This document shows, piece by piece, positions 37,306 to 47,886 of a stretch of 64,000 bases of DNA (its first letter is position 1; every line of letters begins with the position of its first letter). Source of the DNA: Bdellovibrionales bacterium (lineage in GTDB: Bacteria; Bdellovibrionota; Bdellovibrionia; Bdellovibrionales; UBA1609); assembly GCA_965205365.1 (NCBI GenBank), contig CBDBGT010000011.1, forward strand, positions 36,292 through 100,291, read 5' to 3'. Both the position numbers and the translations under genes were made by a program. Under the pieces are notes generated by a model. The model saw only the letters and a program-made list of their open reading frames with translations. It was not told the DNA's origin and did not search any database.

Positions 37306-38247
37306 ATGGCTAATAAAAAGAAAATAAAAAAGAAAAAAACTACCGTAAAAAAGAAAACTGCAGTTAAAACAGTGAAAAAAAAGAAGGCAGTAAAGAAAGT
37401 AGCTGTGAAAAAAAAAGCTGCTGGAAAGAAGAAAGCTACTAAGAAAGTATCTGTAAGAAAAAAGACTAGTGGAAAGAAGAAAGTTACTAAGAAAGTATCT
37501 GTAAGAAAAAAGACTAGTGGAAAGAAGAAAGCCACTAAGAAAGTATCTGTAAGAAAAAAGACTGCTGGAAAGAAGAAAATCGCTAAAAAAGTTCTTGCTA
37601 AGAAGAAAGCTTTAGGGAAAAAGCTTGTTAAAAAAACAGCACTTAAAAAACTTACAGGTAAGAAAAAAGCTACAACTAAAAAAGTTGTTGCAAAAAAGAA
37701 AATAGCTAAAAAAGTTAAAAAATCTACCCTAGCTAAATCGGCCTCTAAGTTAGTAAAAAAGCTTAGTTCAAAAGTTGAGAAGGTTTTAAAATCTAAGATA
37801 TTAAAAAAAGCTGAAGAAGTGGTTAAGCCTGTTAAAACTTTAGAGGAAGCTAAGGCTATAACACAGGGAAAGATTACAGCGGCACTGGCTAACATAGCAA
37901 GCGCTAAAAGTACAGGAGTGGTGTCTATTACAGATGCTGAAGGTCGTGTTTTGTGTAGATCTGTAAATTGCGATCAAGTTACAGTAGTTGAAGGGTATTG
38001 TCGATATCACTATTTATTGTATTGGAAGAAAATTCAGCTTAGAAGAAAAATTCTTTCAGAAGGAAAATTAGAAAAGTATGTTCAAGAGCTTACAGCAAGG
38101 TATCCAGATAAGTACTTAGATATTTTATTAAAAGATTTAGCTTCAGAGAAAAGCTTTCAACAAACTTGCCAGGAATTAGGTATTGGTGGCAGTGAGAATG
38201 AGATAGATCCTGATGATGAGGATAATGATAATGATCCTAATTTTTAA
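37306..38247 (+). CDS. Histone H1-like Lys-rich protein with C-terminal Cys/His domain and acidic tail
   Basis: About 190 aa of K/A/T/V low complexity, then C-x4-C...GYCRYH, ending DPDDEDNDNDPNF. Confidence 0.8.
   Translation: MANKKKIKKKKTTVKKKTAVKTVKKKKAVKKVAVKKKAAGKKKATKKVSVRKKTSGKKKVTKKVSVRKKTSGKKKATKKVSVRKKTAGKKKIAKKVLAKKKALGKKLVKKTALKKLTGKKKATTKKVVAKKKIAKKVKKSTLAKSASKLVKKLSSKVEKVLKSKILKKAEEVVKPVKTLEEAKAITQGKITAALANIASAKSTGVVSITDAEGRVLCRSVNCDQVTVVEGYCRYHYLLYWKKIQLRRKILSEGKLEKYVQELTARYPDKYLDILLKDLASEKSFQQTCQELGIGGSENEIDPDDEDNDNDPNF
37423..37578 (+). repeat. 48-bp tandem repeat (GKKKxTKKVSVRKKTx), about 3.3 copies
   Basis: ggaaagaagaaa at 37423, 37471, 37519 and 37567. Confidence 0.9.
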
Positions 38248-38284
38248 TATTTGAACCTGATAGTTTTTTAAAAAAGTATTTGAC

Positions 38285-38830
38285 TTACTTAAAAGCAAAT
38301 TCAGAGTTTTCAAGAGTTTTAACAATTTTTTCAATTTCATCTGAATCTGATGATAAATCTCCAATAATGAGGTTTTCTTTAGATGAAGGTGTTTTCTCCT
38401 CACCTAAAAGTATATTAGCTTGAAGCTCTAATTCTGTGTTTGTACTATGGAATTTATAAAAAACATTAGATTTTTCGTTTATTAGGTTCCAATGGTAGGA
38501 AAAGTGCTCAAGGTTATTGTTTTTAAAATAATCAATAAAAAGCTCTTTAGTGCTAAAAACTAAACTTTCTAAAGACTCTATTACACTGAGTTTAGAGTTA
38601 ATGGTTTGAATAGAGGTGTCAAAATTTATTTGCATTAGACTGTTTTTTTTAACATAGCCTATGCGAAGTATAATTTCTCCTTGGTAAACCCGTCCAAAGG
38701 TGAAAAATGAACCTTTATTTCCATGTTTTTCAAAGTCCTCTTTAAAATTGTTTTTAATGGCCGTAAGCAGTTCTGTAGGTAAGGGAGTATAGGCGGTATT
38801 TCTTTTATTTTTTGGAGTAATCATAGTCAC
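38285..38830 (-). CDS. Conserved-looking hypothetical protein
   Basis: 181-aa ORF; TPLP.E, GRVY..E...RIG and NTELE.QA..LLG motifs. Confidence 0.65.
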   Translation of the reverse strand: MTMITPKNKRNTAYTPLPTELLTAIKNNFKEDFEKHGNKGSFFTFGRVYQGEIILRIGYVKKNSLMQINFDTSIQTINSKLSVIESLESLVFSTKELFIDYFKNNNLEHFSYHWNLINEKSNVFYKFHSTNTELELQANILLGEEKTPSSKENLIIGDLSSDSDEIEKIVKTLENSEFAFK

Positions 38831-38948
38831 TATTGATGCTTTGCGTTAGCAAAAAGTTTTTCATAGAAATACTTTTAGGGATCTCGGATAAAGAGTCAAG
38901 ACATTGATCTTATAAACTCTTAGATTTAGTCTTTATGGAGGCTTTTTA

Positions 38949-40376
38949 GTGAGCAGAGAAATCATTAGATATAAATCTATTGGTGAGCCAGTAATTCCAA
39001 GTTTATTGACGAATTTAGAAAAAGGTTTAGAACCACAGGGTCTTTTTATATCTACTTATGGTTGTCAGATGAATGATAATGATAGTGAGCGTATAATTTT
39101 TCTTTTAGAGTTTATGAACTATACCCAAGTTTCAACTCCTGATCAGGCATCTTTAATCATTATAAATTCATGTTCAGTAAGAGAAAAACCTGTTCATAAG
39201 GTTCAATCTGAAGTTGGTCGATATAAAAAATTAAAAGATAAAAATCCTAATTTAAGAATTGGAGTTGCTGGCTGTGTGGCTCAACAGGAAAAAGATAAAT
39301 TATTAAAAGATTTGCCTCTTTTAGATTTTGTCTTAGGTCCAGATAATATAGATTCTCTTCCTAAAATTATATCAGATATGAACAAGGCAGGGAATAACTA
39401 TAGTAGAATAAATGCAGCTCAATTTAAGCATCAAGAACCTTATCATATTGAAACTTTAGTGAGAAGTACTGGGGTATCCACTTTTGTGAATATAACTAAA
39501 GGTTGTGATAATTTTTGTACTTTTTGTGTGGTTCCTTATACAAGGGGGCGTGAACGTAGTAGACCTTATGTTCATTTGGTTGATGATATTAATGGTCTTG
39601 TTCAAAAAGGTGTTAAAGAGGTTACGTTGCTTGGTCAGAATGTAAACTCATATAAATGTGAAACTGGAGTGAATTTTGCAAATCTTTTAAAAGGATTGTC
39701 AGAAGATACAGATATTAAGCGCATTAGGTATACAACAAGTCATCCTAAGGATTTTTCAGATGAACTTATTCAAGTTTTAAAAAAGTATAAAGATAAAGTC
39801 CCTGAATATGTTCACTTACCTTTGCAATCAGGAAGCTCTGGGGTTTTAGAGCGTATGAATAGAGGCTATACGAGAGAGCACTATTTAAATATTGTTAAAA
39901 AAATTAGAAAAGAAATTCCTAGTGTTTCTTTTTCCACAGATATAATTGCAGGTTTTCCTGGAGAAACTGAGGAGCAGTTTGAAGAAACCTTGTCTTTGTT
40001 AAAAGAGGTTGGGTTTGAAGGAGTTTATGCTTTTAAGTATAGCTCAAGGCCTTTTACTAAAGCGGCAAAGTTTAATGATCAAGTCCCTGAAAATATTCAA
40101 AACAAAAGACTTCAAAGGCTTTTTACCCTTCAAAGCCTTATAGCGGAGAAGGTCTGTAAAAGATATTCAAATCAAATAGTTAGTGTGTTAGTAGAAGGGA
40201 AGGATTTAGAAACGGGTATTTACAAAGGTAAAAATCCACAGAATAAAATGGTTTACTTCAAGCCCTTAAAAAATTGTTTAGATACTGATTTAACAGGACA
40301 AACAGTTTTGGTTAAAATTATAGAAGTTATGAGATCTACACTTAAAGGTGAAATGGTATTTGGGGAAATGAACTGA
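38949..40376 (+). CDS. miaB: tRNA methylthiotransferase MiaB
   Basis: TYGCQMN..DSE, CSVREK, GCVAQ, CDNFCTFC, TTSHP, TRAM domain. Confidence 0.93.
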   Translation: MSREIIRYKSIGEPVIPSLLTNLEKGLEPQGLFISTYGCQMNDNDSERIIFLLEFMNYTQVSTPDQASLIIINSCSVREKPVHKVQSEVGRYKKLKDKNPNLRIGVAGCVAQQEKDKLLKDLPLLDFVLGPDNIDSLPKIISDMNKAGNNYSRINAAQFKHQEPYHIETLVRSTGVSTFVNITKGCDNFCTFCVVPYTRGRERSRPYVHLVDDINGLVQKGVKEVTLLGQNVNSYKCETGVNFANLLKGLSEDTDIKRIRYTTSHPKDFSDELIQVLKKYKDKVPEYVHLPLQSGSSGVLERMNRGYTREHYLNIVKKIRKEIPSVSFSTDIIAGFPGETEEQFEETLSLLKEVGFEGVYAFKYSSRPFTKAAKFNDQVPENIQNKRLQRLFTLQSLIAEKVCKRYSNQIVSVLVEGKDLETGIYKGKNPQNKMVYFKPLKNCLDTDLTGQTVLVKIIEVMRSTLKGEMVFGEMN

Positions 40377-40852
40377 TGATTAAGCAAGTAAAAATTATAC
40401 CTCAAACTTTTGCTCTTGATGAAAAAACTCAGCAGGGATTGGTTATATTTGAAACTGTTGAAGAGAAAACTAAATTTTCTGTTTATTTAAGTGAAAGTAT
40501 TGAAGTAGGCTTGTTTTTAAAAGAATCTTTTAAAAGACAAGAATCAGGGTTTGCTCTTTCTAAAAAAATTTTTGAATCTCTAGGGTATAGATTAGATAAA
40601 GGTGTTATAAATGAACTTGATGGAGAGCAAGAAAAAAGTATTATGGTGTTAAGAGATGTTGATGATTTTTTAAAGAAAATTCAAGTGAGTATGCTAGAGC
40701 TACTAGGGATGTGGACATTAGAAAATTTCCCCATATTTGCAAGTATACAGTTTATTGAAAATTGTAGAGATATTAAGGCTAAACTTAAAGAAACAGGAAA
40801 GCCTTTAAAAATAGATTTATACAAGAGATATGGTCAGAAATATTTAATGTAG
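40376..40852 (+). CDS. Hypothetical protein, possibly a divergent bifunctional-nuclease (DUF151) domain
   Basis: Follows miaB; weak resemblance only (PIFAS). Confidence 0.5.
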   Translation: MIKQVKIIPQTFALDEKTQQGLVIFETVEEKTKFSVYLSESIEVGLFLKESFKRQESGFALSKKIFESLGYRLDKGVINELDGEQEKSIMVLRDVDDFLKKIQVSMLELLGMWTLENFPIFASIQFIENCRDIKAKLKETGKPLKIDLYKRYGQKYLM

Positions 40853-40871
40853 AAGGGAAGAGGGGTGTAAT

Positions 40872-41399
40872 TTGTTGCATTTAACAAAAAAGCCAGAAAT
40901 TAAAAAATCTTGCTTTATTGCACCTTCAGCAGATCTTTATGGTGCTGTAACTTTAGGGGAGAACTCTTCAGTTTGGTTTCAGTGTGTTTTAAGAGCAGAT
41001 GTAATGCCTATTACAGTAGGTGACAATACTAATATTCAGGATGGATCAATTGTTCACGGGAGTCTTAATAAAGCTCAAACAGTTATTGGCAATGGTGTGA
41101 CCATTGGGCACAAAACAATACTTCATGGCTGTAAAATTAAAAATGATTGTCTTATTGGTATGGGATCTATAATCATGGACAATGCTATTATTTCTAAAAA
41201 CTGTATTGTTGGTGCTGGAGCTTTAGTTACTGAAAATGCTACTTTTAAAGAAGGTATGCTTATTCTTGGTGCGCCAGCAAAACAAGTTAGAAAACTTACA
41301 GAAAATGAGCTTTGTTGGATTAAATCAAATGCTACTCATTATATACGTTATTCAAAATCGTATATGACAGGAGTTAATGGGGGAAGAAATGAAAATTAA
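40872..41399 (+). CDS. Gamma carbonic anhydrase family protein
   Basis: Hexapeptide repeats; SVWF..VLRAD, NIQD...H, TIGH...LHGC. Confidence 0.92.
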   Translation: MLHLTKKPEIKKSCFIAPSADLYGAVTLGENSSVWFQCVLRADVMPITVGDNTNIQDGSIVHGSLNKAQTVIGNGVTIGHKTILHGCKIKNDCLIGMGSIIMDNAIISKNCIVGAGALVTENATFKEGMLILGAPAKQVRKLTENELCWIKSNATHYIRYSKSYMTGVNGGRNEN

Positions 41400-42843
41400 A
41401 AAAGCATTAACATTTGATGATATACTTTTAGTGCCACAGTACTCAGAGTCTGTTCCAATGTCTATTAATCCTTGCACTTATTTTGCAAGAGATATTTATT
41501 TAAATATTCCATTAATTTCAGCGGCTATGGACACAGTAACTGAAAGTAGAGTTGCACAAGTTATGGCTCAAATGGGAGGGTTAGGAATTATTCATAAAAA
41601 TCTTTCCATTGAATCTCAAGCTTTTGAAGTTGAAAGAGTGAAGAAATATGAAAGTGGTATGATTCAAGAGCCCATAACTCTTGCTCCAGATATGTTGGTG
41701 AGTGATGCACTTATGGTTATGAAAAAATACGCCATTAGTGGAGTTCCTATAACAGTAGATAAAAAACTTGTAGGAATTTTAACAAATAGAGATTTAAGAT
41801 TTGAAACTAATATAGAGCAGCCTATTTCTCAGGTAATGACCAAAGAAAACGTAGTGACAGCAAAAGAAGGAACAACCTTAGAGGAGGCGAAAAAAGTTTT
41901 ACAAAAGCATAGAATTGAAAAACTGCCTGTTGTTGATGGTGCTGGAAAATTATGCGGCCTTATTACCATTAAAGATATTGAAAAATCTATTACATACCCA
42001 AATGCAACAAAAGACTCTTATGGAAGGTTGTTAGTGGGGGCTGCTTCAGATATTAGTCATGCTGGCATTGAAAGAGCAGAAGCTTTAATGGAATCAGGCT
42101 GTGATGTTATAGTGATAGATACAGCTCATGGGCATTCTAAAAATGTTTTAAGTGTTGTAAAAGAAATGAGGGGAAAATTTAAAGATTTAACAATAGTAGC
42201 GGGAAATGTTGTAACTCCTGAAGCTACACAAGCTTTAATTAATGCAGGTGCTGATGTGGTTAAAGTTGGTGTGGGCTCGGGAAGTATATGCACAACAAGA
42301 GTTATTTCTGGTGTGGGTCTTCCTCAGGTATCAGCTGTCTATGAGTGTGCAAAGATTGCAAAAAAATTAGGAAAAACTGTTGTTTCAGATGGTGGATCAA
42401 AATTTTCTGGAGATGTTGTAAAAGCTTTAGCAGTTGGTGCAAATACCGTGATGCTTGGTAGTATGCTTGCTGGTTGTGATGAAAGCCCTGGAGAAACTTT
42501 ATTGTATCAAGGACGTACTTATAAAGTTTATAGAGGTATGGGTAGTTTAGGGGCTATGAAACAAGGTTCTAAAAATCGTTATTTTCAAGAGTCTGTAAGT
42601 GATTTAGATAAACTTGTTCCAGAGGGAATAGAAGGTCGTGTTCCATATAAAGGATCTGTAAGCGGTATAATTCATCAAATTGTTGGTGGTATTAAATCAG
42701 GTATGGGTTATTGTGGTGCAAGTTCAGTATCAGATCTTCATAAGCATACTGAGTTTGTTGAAATTTCAGGAGCAGGGCTTAAAGAATCCCATGTTCATGA
42801 TGTTACAATTACTAAAGAAGCTCCTAACTATAGATTAGACTAA
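41377..42843 (+). CDS. guaB: IMP dehydrogenase
   Basis: LTFDD.LL.P, SAAMDTVT, CBS pair, GSGSICTTR, YRGMGS, VPEGIEG. Confidence 0.97.
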   Translation: MGEEMKIKKALTFDDILLVPQYSESVPMSINPCTYFARDIYLNIPLISAAMDTVTESRVAQVMAQMGGLGIIHKNLSIESQAFEVERVKKYESGMIQEPITLAPDMLVSDALMVMKKYAISGVPITVDKKLVGILTNRDLRFETNIEQPISQVMTKENVVTAKEGTTLEEAKKVLQKHRIEKLPVVDGAGKLCGLITIKDIEKSITYPNATKDSYGRLLVGAASDISHAGIERAEALMESGCDVIVIDTAHGHSKNVLSVVKEMRGKFKDLTIVAGNVVTPEATQALINAGADVVKVGVGSGSICTTRVISGVGLPQVSAVYECAKIAKKLGKTVVSDGGSKFSGDVVKALAVGANTVMLGSMLAGCDESPGETLLYQGRTYKVYRGMGSLGAMKQGSKNRYFQESVSDLDKLVPEGIEGRVPYKGSVSGIIHQIVGGIKSGMGYCGASSVSDLHKHTEFVEISGAGLKESHVHDVTITKEAPNYRLD

Positions 42844-42853
42844 GGTATATAAG

Positions 42854-44398
42854 TTGAAATTATTTGATGATGTTGTAAAAGAGAGTGTAGTCATTTTAGA
42901 TTTTGGCTCACAGTTTACTCAATTGATTGCAAGAAGATTAAGAGAGCTTAATGTTTATTCAGAGGCTATTCTTTTTTCTACGAGCTTAGAAGAGATTAAG
43001 GCTAGGGCTCCTAAAGCTATTATTTTAAGTGGAGGTCCTCATTCAGTTTATAATAAGAATTCACCAAATAGAGACATAAAACCGCTTTTACAAATAGCTC
43101 CAGTTTTAGGTGTTTGTTATGGAATGCAACTTTATTGTCATCAAATGGGTGGAAAAGTTGAACCTTGTGATGTTAGAGAGTATGGGAAAAGTACTATTAA
43201 GTGGAGTGAAGAGATTTTAAAGGGCAAGTCTGAACATTCTGTGTGGATGTCTCATGGAGATTTAGTTACAGCCCTTCCTTTAGGTGCTCAAGTCATTGCC
43301 ACATCTGTAAATGCTTGTCCGGCAGCTATTAAGGCAAGTGGTTTTATGGGGTATCAATTTCATCCAGAAGTTGCTCATACGGATTTTGGAAAGGAGTTGT
43401 TAGAGTATTTTTTATTTGATTTTGCAAATATTCAAAAAAATTGGTCTTCAAAAAAAGTTTTTCATCGTATTGAAGAAAAAATAAATAAAATTGTTAAACC
43501 TGATGATGTAGTTTTATGTGCTCTAAGTGGTGGCGTAGATTCAGCGGTTGTTGCAGTTTTGCTCACTCAGATTTTAGGAAGAGATAAGGTTAAGTGTATT
43601 TTTGTAGATACGGGTTTTCTTAGAAAAGGTGAATATGAAGAAGTGATGTTAAAAATGAAGTCTTTAGGGCTTGATATTAAAGGAACTGATGCTAGTAAGA
43701 TGTTTTTATCTGAATTAAATGGTGTACTGGATCCAGAAAAGAAGAGAAAGACTATTGGTTATGTTTTTATTGATGTTTTTAAAGAGGAAATAAAAACTTT
43801 AGGAAAGGTTGACTGGCTTGCTCAGGGAACACTTTATCCAGACGTTATAGAGAGTATTTCACCAAATGGTCAATCAGTTACAATAAAAAGTCATCATAAT
43901 GTAGGTGGTTTACCAGAAAACTTGGACTTAGCTTTTTTAGAGCCTGTTAGAGAACTTTTTAAAGATGAAGTTCGTGAATTAGGAAGGTATTTAAAAATGC
44001 CTGAAGAGGTTTTAAGAAGGCACCCATTTCCTGGTCCAGGACTTGCCATTAGAGTTTTAGGGGCTATAACTTTAGAAGATGTGGCTATTTTACAAGAGGC
44101 TGATGATATTTTTATATCCTCTTTAAAGGAAGAGGGGATATATAATGATATTTGGCAAGCTTTTTGTGTTCTTTTGCCTGTTAAAACAGTTGGAGTGCAA
44201 GGAGATGGAAGAACCTATGAAAAGGTTTTATCTCTTCGAGCTGTAAACTCAGTTGATGGAATGACAGCAGACTGGTTTGAGTTTGATTATAAATTTTTAA
44301 AAAAAGTTTCTAATAGAATTACAAATAAGGTTAAGGGTATAAATCGTGTGGTGTATGATATTACAAGTAAGCCTCCTAGTACAATTGAGTGGGAGTAG
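42854..44398 (+). CDS. guaA: GMP synthase
   Basis: LDFGSQ, GVCYGMQ, QFHPE, SGGVDS, KSHHNVGGLP, KPPSTIEWE. Confidence 0.97.
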   Translation: MKLFDDVVKESVVILDFGSQFTQLIARRLRELNVYSEAILFSTSLEEIKARAPKAIILSGGPHSVYNKNSPNRDIKPLLQIAPVLGVCYGMQLYCHQMGGKVEPCDVREYGKSTIKWSEEILKGKSEHSVWMSHGDLVTALPLGAQVIATSVNACPAAIKASGFMGYQFHPEVAHTDFGKELLEYFLFDFANIQKNWSSKKVFHRIEEKINKIVKPDDVVLCALSGGVDSAVVAVLLTQILGRDKVKCIFVDTGFLRKGEYEEVMLKMKSLGLDIKGTDASKMFLSELNGVLDPEKKRKTIGYVFIDVFKEEIKTLGKVDWLAQGTLYPDVIESISPNGQSVTIKSHHNVGGLPENLDLAFLEPVRELFKDEVRELGRYLKMPEEVLRRHPFPGPGLAIRVLGAITLEDVAILQEADDIFISSLKEEGIYNDIWQAFCVLLPVKTVGVQGDGRTYEKVLSLRAVNSVDGMTADWFEFDYKFLKKVSNRITNKVKGINRVVYDITSKPPSTIEWE

Positions 44399-44402
44399 GT
44401 AA

Positions 44403-47400
44403 ATGAGTTTTTGTCACCTTCACAGTCATTCCCACTACTCTCTTTTAAAGTGCTCAAGCTCTATTTCTGCTCTTGTTAAAAAGAATAAATCTTTGGGTTA
44501 TGAAGCACTGGCACTAACAGATATGAATAATATGTTTGGAGCTGTAGAGTTTTATTTTGCAGCTAAAAAAGAAGGGATTAAGCCTATTATTGGTTTAGAT
44601 GTTTCTTTATCTGGAAAATTTATCAAAAATTTTTCAGATACATATAATGTGGTTCTTTTAGCAATGAATTATACAGGTTATCAAGAGCTTAGTCGTATAG
44701 TGAGTTTTGCTCACAAGGAGAATAATTTTGATGGTGTGCCAAGAGCCACGATTCAAATCATAAAAGAAAATTCTAAAAATGTCATCGCCTTAACTGGTGG
44801 GTATGAAGGTATTTTGATTCAAAGTTTTTTAAAAGAAGGTAGAGATAAAGCTGAAGAAAGACTTCTTAATTTAAATAAAATTTTTTCTAATAGGCTTTAC
44901 ATTGAAATAAATAGGCATGGCTTAGACTATGAATCAGATTTTTTGTCTTTTGCAGTGAAGATGTCTAAGAAACATGGAATCGAATTGGTTGCTGCCAATG
45001 ATACAAGGTATACAGAAAGTAATGACTTAGTTACTCATAATGTCTTAATTGGAGTTGGGTTAAATAAGACTTTAGATGAAGTCACTAACCAATCATTAAT
45101 AAACAGTGAGTTTTATATAAAATCAAAAGAGTCTATGAAAGAGGTTTTTTCTGAGGATGGATTTGATAAAGCTTTAAACAATACAAAGGTGATTGTGGAC
45201 CGTTGTAATATTGAATTTACTTTATCAGACTCTAAAGGAAAGCCTATTTACCATTTACCAACATTTCCTACAAAAAAGGGTCGGTCATCAAAAGAAGAGA
45301 TTAGAGAAATTGCTTTCAAGGGTTTAGAAAAAAAACTTTCTTTTTTAGAAAGTCAAACAAAGAACAAGCTTAGTTTTGAGGAACATACTGTGTATAAACA
45401 GCGTTTAGAGTATGAGCTTAAGACAATTGATGCAACGGGTTTTAATGGTTATTTTTTAATTGTACAAGATTTTATAAACTGGTCTAAAAAAAAGAATATT
45501 CCTGTAGGGCCTGGTCGAGGATCTGGAGCAGGTTCACTGGTGGCTTATTGTTTAAATATTACAGATTTAAATCCTATTCCATATGCATTAATTTTTGAAA
45601 GATTTTTAAACCCTGAGCGTATAAGTATGCCAGATTTTGATATTGATTTTTGTCAAGAGCGAAGGGGTGAAGTTATTGATTATGTAACTCAAACTTACGG
45701 TGAACAGTCAGTGTCTCAGATTATTACCTATGGAAAGCTTCAAACTAGAGCAGCTCTTCGTGATGTGGGTAGAGTTTTGAGCTTTAGTTTCATGGAAGTA
45801 AATGATATAGCAAAACTCATTCCTGACATCTTAGGAATTAGCCTTCAAGAGGCCTTAGATCTAGAGCCTCGTTTAAAAGATATGATGCGTGAAAATCCTC
45901 AAGTACATAAATTAATAAGTCTTGCTATAAAAGTAGAAGGTTTAGTGAGGCATGCTGGAATTCATGCTGCTGGTGTTATTATTGCAAATGGTAATATTAT
46001 AGATCACGCTCCTGTAACCAAGGGTGCAGATGGTGAAAATGTTGTTCAGTTTGATATGAAAAACTCTGAAAAGATTGGACTTATTAAGTTTGATTTTTTA
46101 GGACTTAAAACACTGACACATATTCAGTATGTTCTAGGTTGTATTAAAAAAACTAAAGGTAAACAGATTAAGGTAGAGGATATCTTAATTGATGATCCAG
46201 GGATTTATGATCTTATGTCTAAGGGTGATAATGATGGAGTTTTTCAGTTTGAAGGTGAAGGGATTACAGATTTAACAATGAAAGCTAAACCTTCATGTTT
46301 TACTGATATTGTTGCATTAAATGCTTTATATAGACCAGGTCCTATGGAAATGATTCCTGACTACATTGAAAGAAAAAGTGGAAAGAAAAAATCTGAGTAT
46401 ATATTTCCAGAGCTTGAAGATATTTTAAAAGAAACTTATGGGATTATTGTTTACCAAGAACATGTACAGCTTATAGCCTCTAAAATTGCAAACTACACTC
46501 TTGGTGAAGCTGATATGCTTAGACGTGCTATGGGTAAGAAAATTGCAAAAGAAATGACTCAGCAGAAAACAAGGTTTTTAAAAGGGGCTTTAGAGAATAA
46601 ATTTGATCTTAAAAAATCTGAAGTTCTTTTTGATCTTATGGCAGAATTTGCAAAATATGGTTTTAATAAAAGTCATGCTGCTGCTTATTGTGTTGTGACA
46701 GCTCAAACAGCTTGGCTTAAGTATTATTATCCTGTTGAGTTTTTTGCTGGTCTTCTTACAACAGAAATTTCAAATATAGAGAATATTACAAAATATGTAA
46801 AAAATGCAAAAAAACATAAAATTAAAATTATTCCTCCCCATATAAATACTTCTAAGTATGTATTTGATACAGATGGAGAAAAGATTTTTTTCTCATTGGG
46901 TGCAATTAAAGGTGTTGGACAAAATATAGTGGAACTTATTGTTAAAGCTAGAGAGTCTCTTCCAAATAAAAAATTTGAATCATTAGAAGAGTTTTTCTTA
47001 ACTGTAGATACTAAAAAATTTAATAAAAGAGCAATTGAGAGTTTGGCAAAGGCTGGAGCTTTTGATGGTTATGGGTATACGAGAAGTGAGCTTTTTTCTG
47101 AAGGGTTTAAATTTTTGGATGCTGCAGAAAAGAAAAGAAAAGACTCTGAGATTGGCCAATTTAACCTTTTTGATACTACAGATTCAGACGAAGGTAGTTT
47201 TAATGTTAACCTTACTAAGAAACCTGAGTGGGACAATAGGGCAAAGTTTCAACTTGAAAAAGAAGTTTTAGGATTTTATTTAACAACTCATCCTTTAGAG
47301 GCTTATAGCTCACTTCGTTCATCGTTTAAATCAATTTCAATTGTAGATCTTAATAAAGAAAATCATAAAAAAGAAGTCATAGTTTTTGGTATTATTTCTA

Positions 47401-47882
47401 AAACAAAAGAGTTTATTACTAAAAAAGGAAGTCATATGGCCTTTGCAGAGGCTGAAGATGAAAATGGTTCAATTGAGCTTATTATTTTTCCAGATGTTTT
47501 TAAAGAAGTAAAAAGTGCCTTAACAGAAGAAAAACCTTTATTGATCTCTGGAACTTTTGAAATTCAAGAAGGCAAAGGTGGAAAAATTTTAGTTACTAAT
47601 ATTAAAGATCCTGTTGACCGACTTAAAAAAATAAAATCAGTATCTTTGTTTTTAGAAAATCCTGAAGAAATTGAAATGGATGAATTTTTTAAGTTTGCTG
47701 GATCAAAATCTGGTGGAGCAAAAATGTATTTAAATCTAGATTTAGCTTTACAAGGGTGTGAGTTGGGTTCAAGGGTTAAAATAGATGTGTTAGAGCCTGA
47801 AGGGGTTGAAATTGACTTTGATTTTTTAGATAGACTAGGTAAAATATTTAAAGGTTATCGTGGTTTAGAAGTGGGAGTATAA
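44403..47882 (+). CDS. dnaE: DNA polymerase III alpha subunit
   Basis: PHP domain, GRGSGAGS, MPDFDIDF, KFDFLGL, YGFNKSH. Confidence 0.97.
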   Translation: MSFCHLHSHSHYSLLKCSSSISALVKKNKSLGYEALALTDMNNMFGAVEFYFAAKKEGIKPIIGLDVSLSGKFIKNFSDTYNVVLLAMNYTGYQELSRIVSFAHKENNFDGVPRATIQIIKENSKNVIALTGGYEGILIQSFLKEGRDKAEERLLNLNKIFSNRLYIEINRHGLDYESDFLSFAVKMSKKHGIELVAANDTRYTESNDLVTHNVLIGVGLNKTLDEVTNQSLINSEFYIKSKESMKEVFSEDGFDKALNNTKVIVDRCNIEFTLSDSKGKPIYHLPTFPTKKGRSSKEEIREIAFKGLEKKLSFLESQTKNKLSFEEHTVYKQRLEYELKTIDATGFNGYFLIVQDFINWSKKKNIPVGPGRGSGAGSLVAYCLNITDLNPIPYALIFERFLNPERISMPDFDIDFCQERRGEVIDYVTQTYGEQSVSQIITYGKLQTRAALRDVGRVLSFSFMEVNDIAKLIPDILGISLQEALDLEPRLKDMMRENPQVHKLISLAIKVEGLVRHAGIHAAGVIIANGNIIDHAPVTKGADGENVVQFDMKNSEKIGLIKFDFLGLKTLTHIQYVLGCIKKTKGKQIKVEDILIDDPGIYDLMSKGDNDGVFQFEGEGITDLTMKAKPSCFTDIVALNALYRPGPMEMIPDYIERKSGKKKSEYIFPELEDILKETYGIIVYQEHVQLIASKIANYTLGEADMLRRAMGKKIAKEMTQQKTRFLKGALENKFDLKKSEVLFDLMAEFAKYGFNKSHAAAYCVVTAQTAWLKYYYPVEFFAGLLTTEISNIENITKYVKNAKKHKIKIIPPHINTSKYVFDTDGEKIFFSLGAIKGVGQNIVELIVKARESLPNKKFESLEEFFLTVDTKKFNKRAIESLAKAGAFDGYGYTRSELFSEGFKFLDAAEKKRKDSEIGQFNLFDTTDSDEGSFNVNLTKKPEWDNRAKFQLEKEVLGFYLTTHPLEAYSSLRSSFKSISIVDLNKENHKKEVIVFGIISKTKEFITKKGSHMAFAEAEDENGSIELIIFPDVFKEVKSALTEEKPLLISGTFEIQEGKGGKILVTNIKDPVDRLKKIKSVSLFLENPEEIEMDEFFKFAGSKSGGAKMYLNLDLALQGCELGSRVKIDVLEPEGVEIDFDFLDRLGKIFKGYRGLEVGV

Positions 47883-47886
47883 GAGA

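Noticed and set aside
37284-37895. 203-aa Phe-rich minus-strand ORF
   Set aside because: Antisense shadow of the Lys-rich gene.
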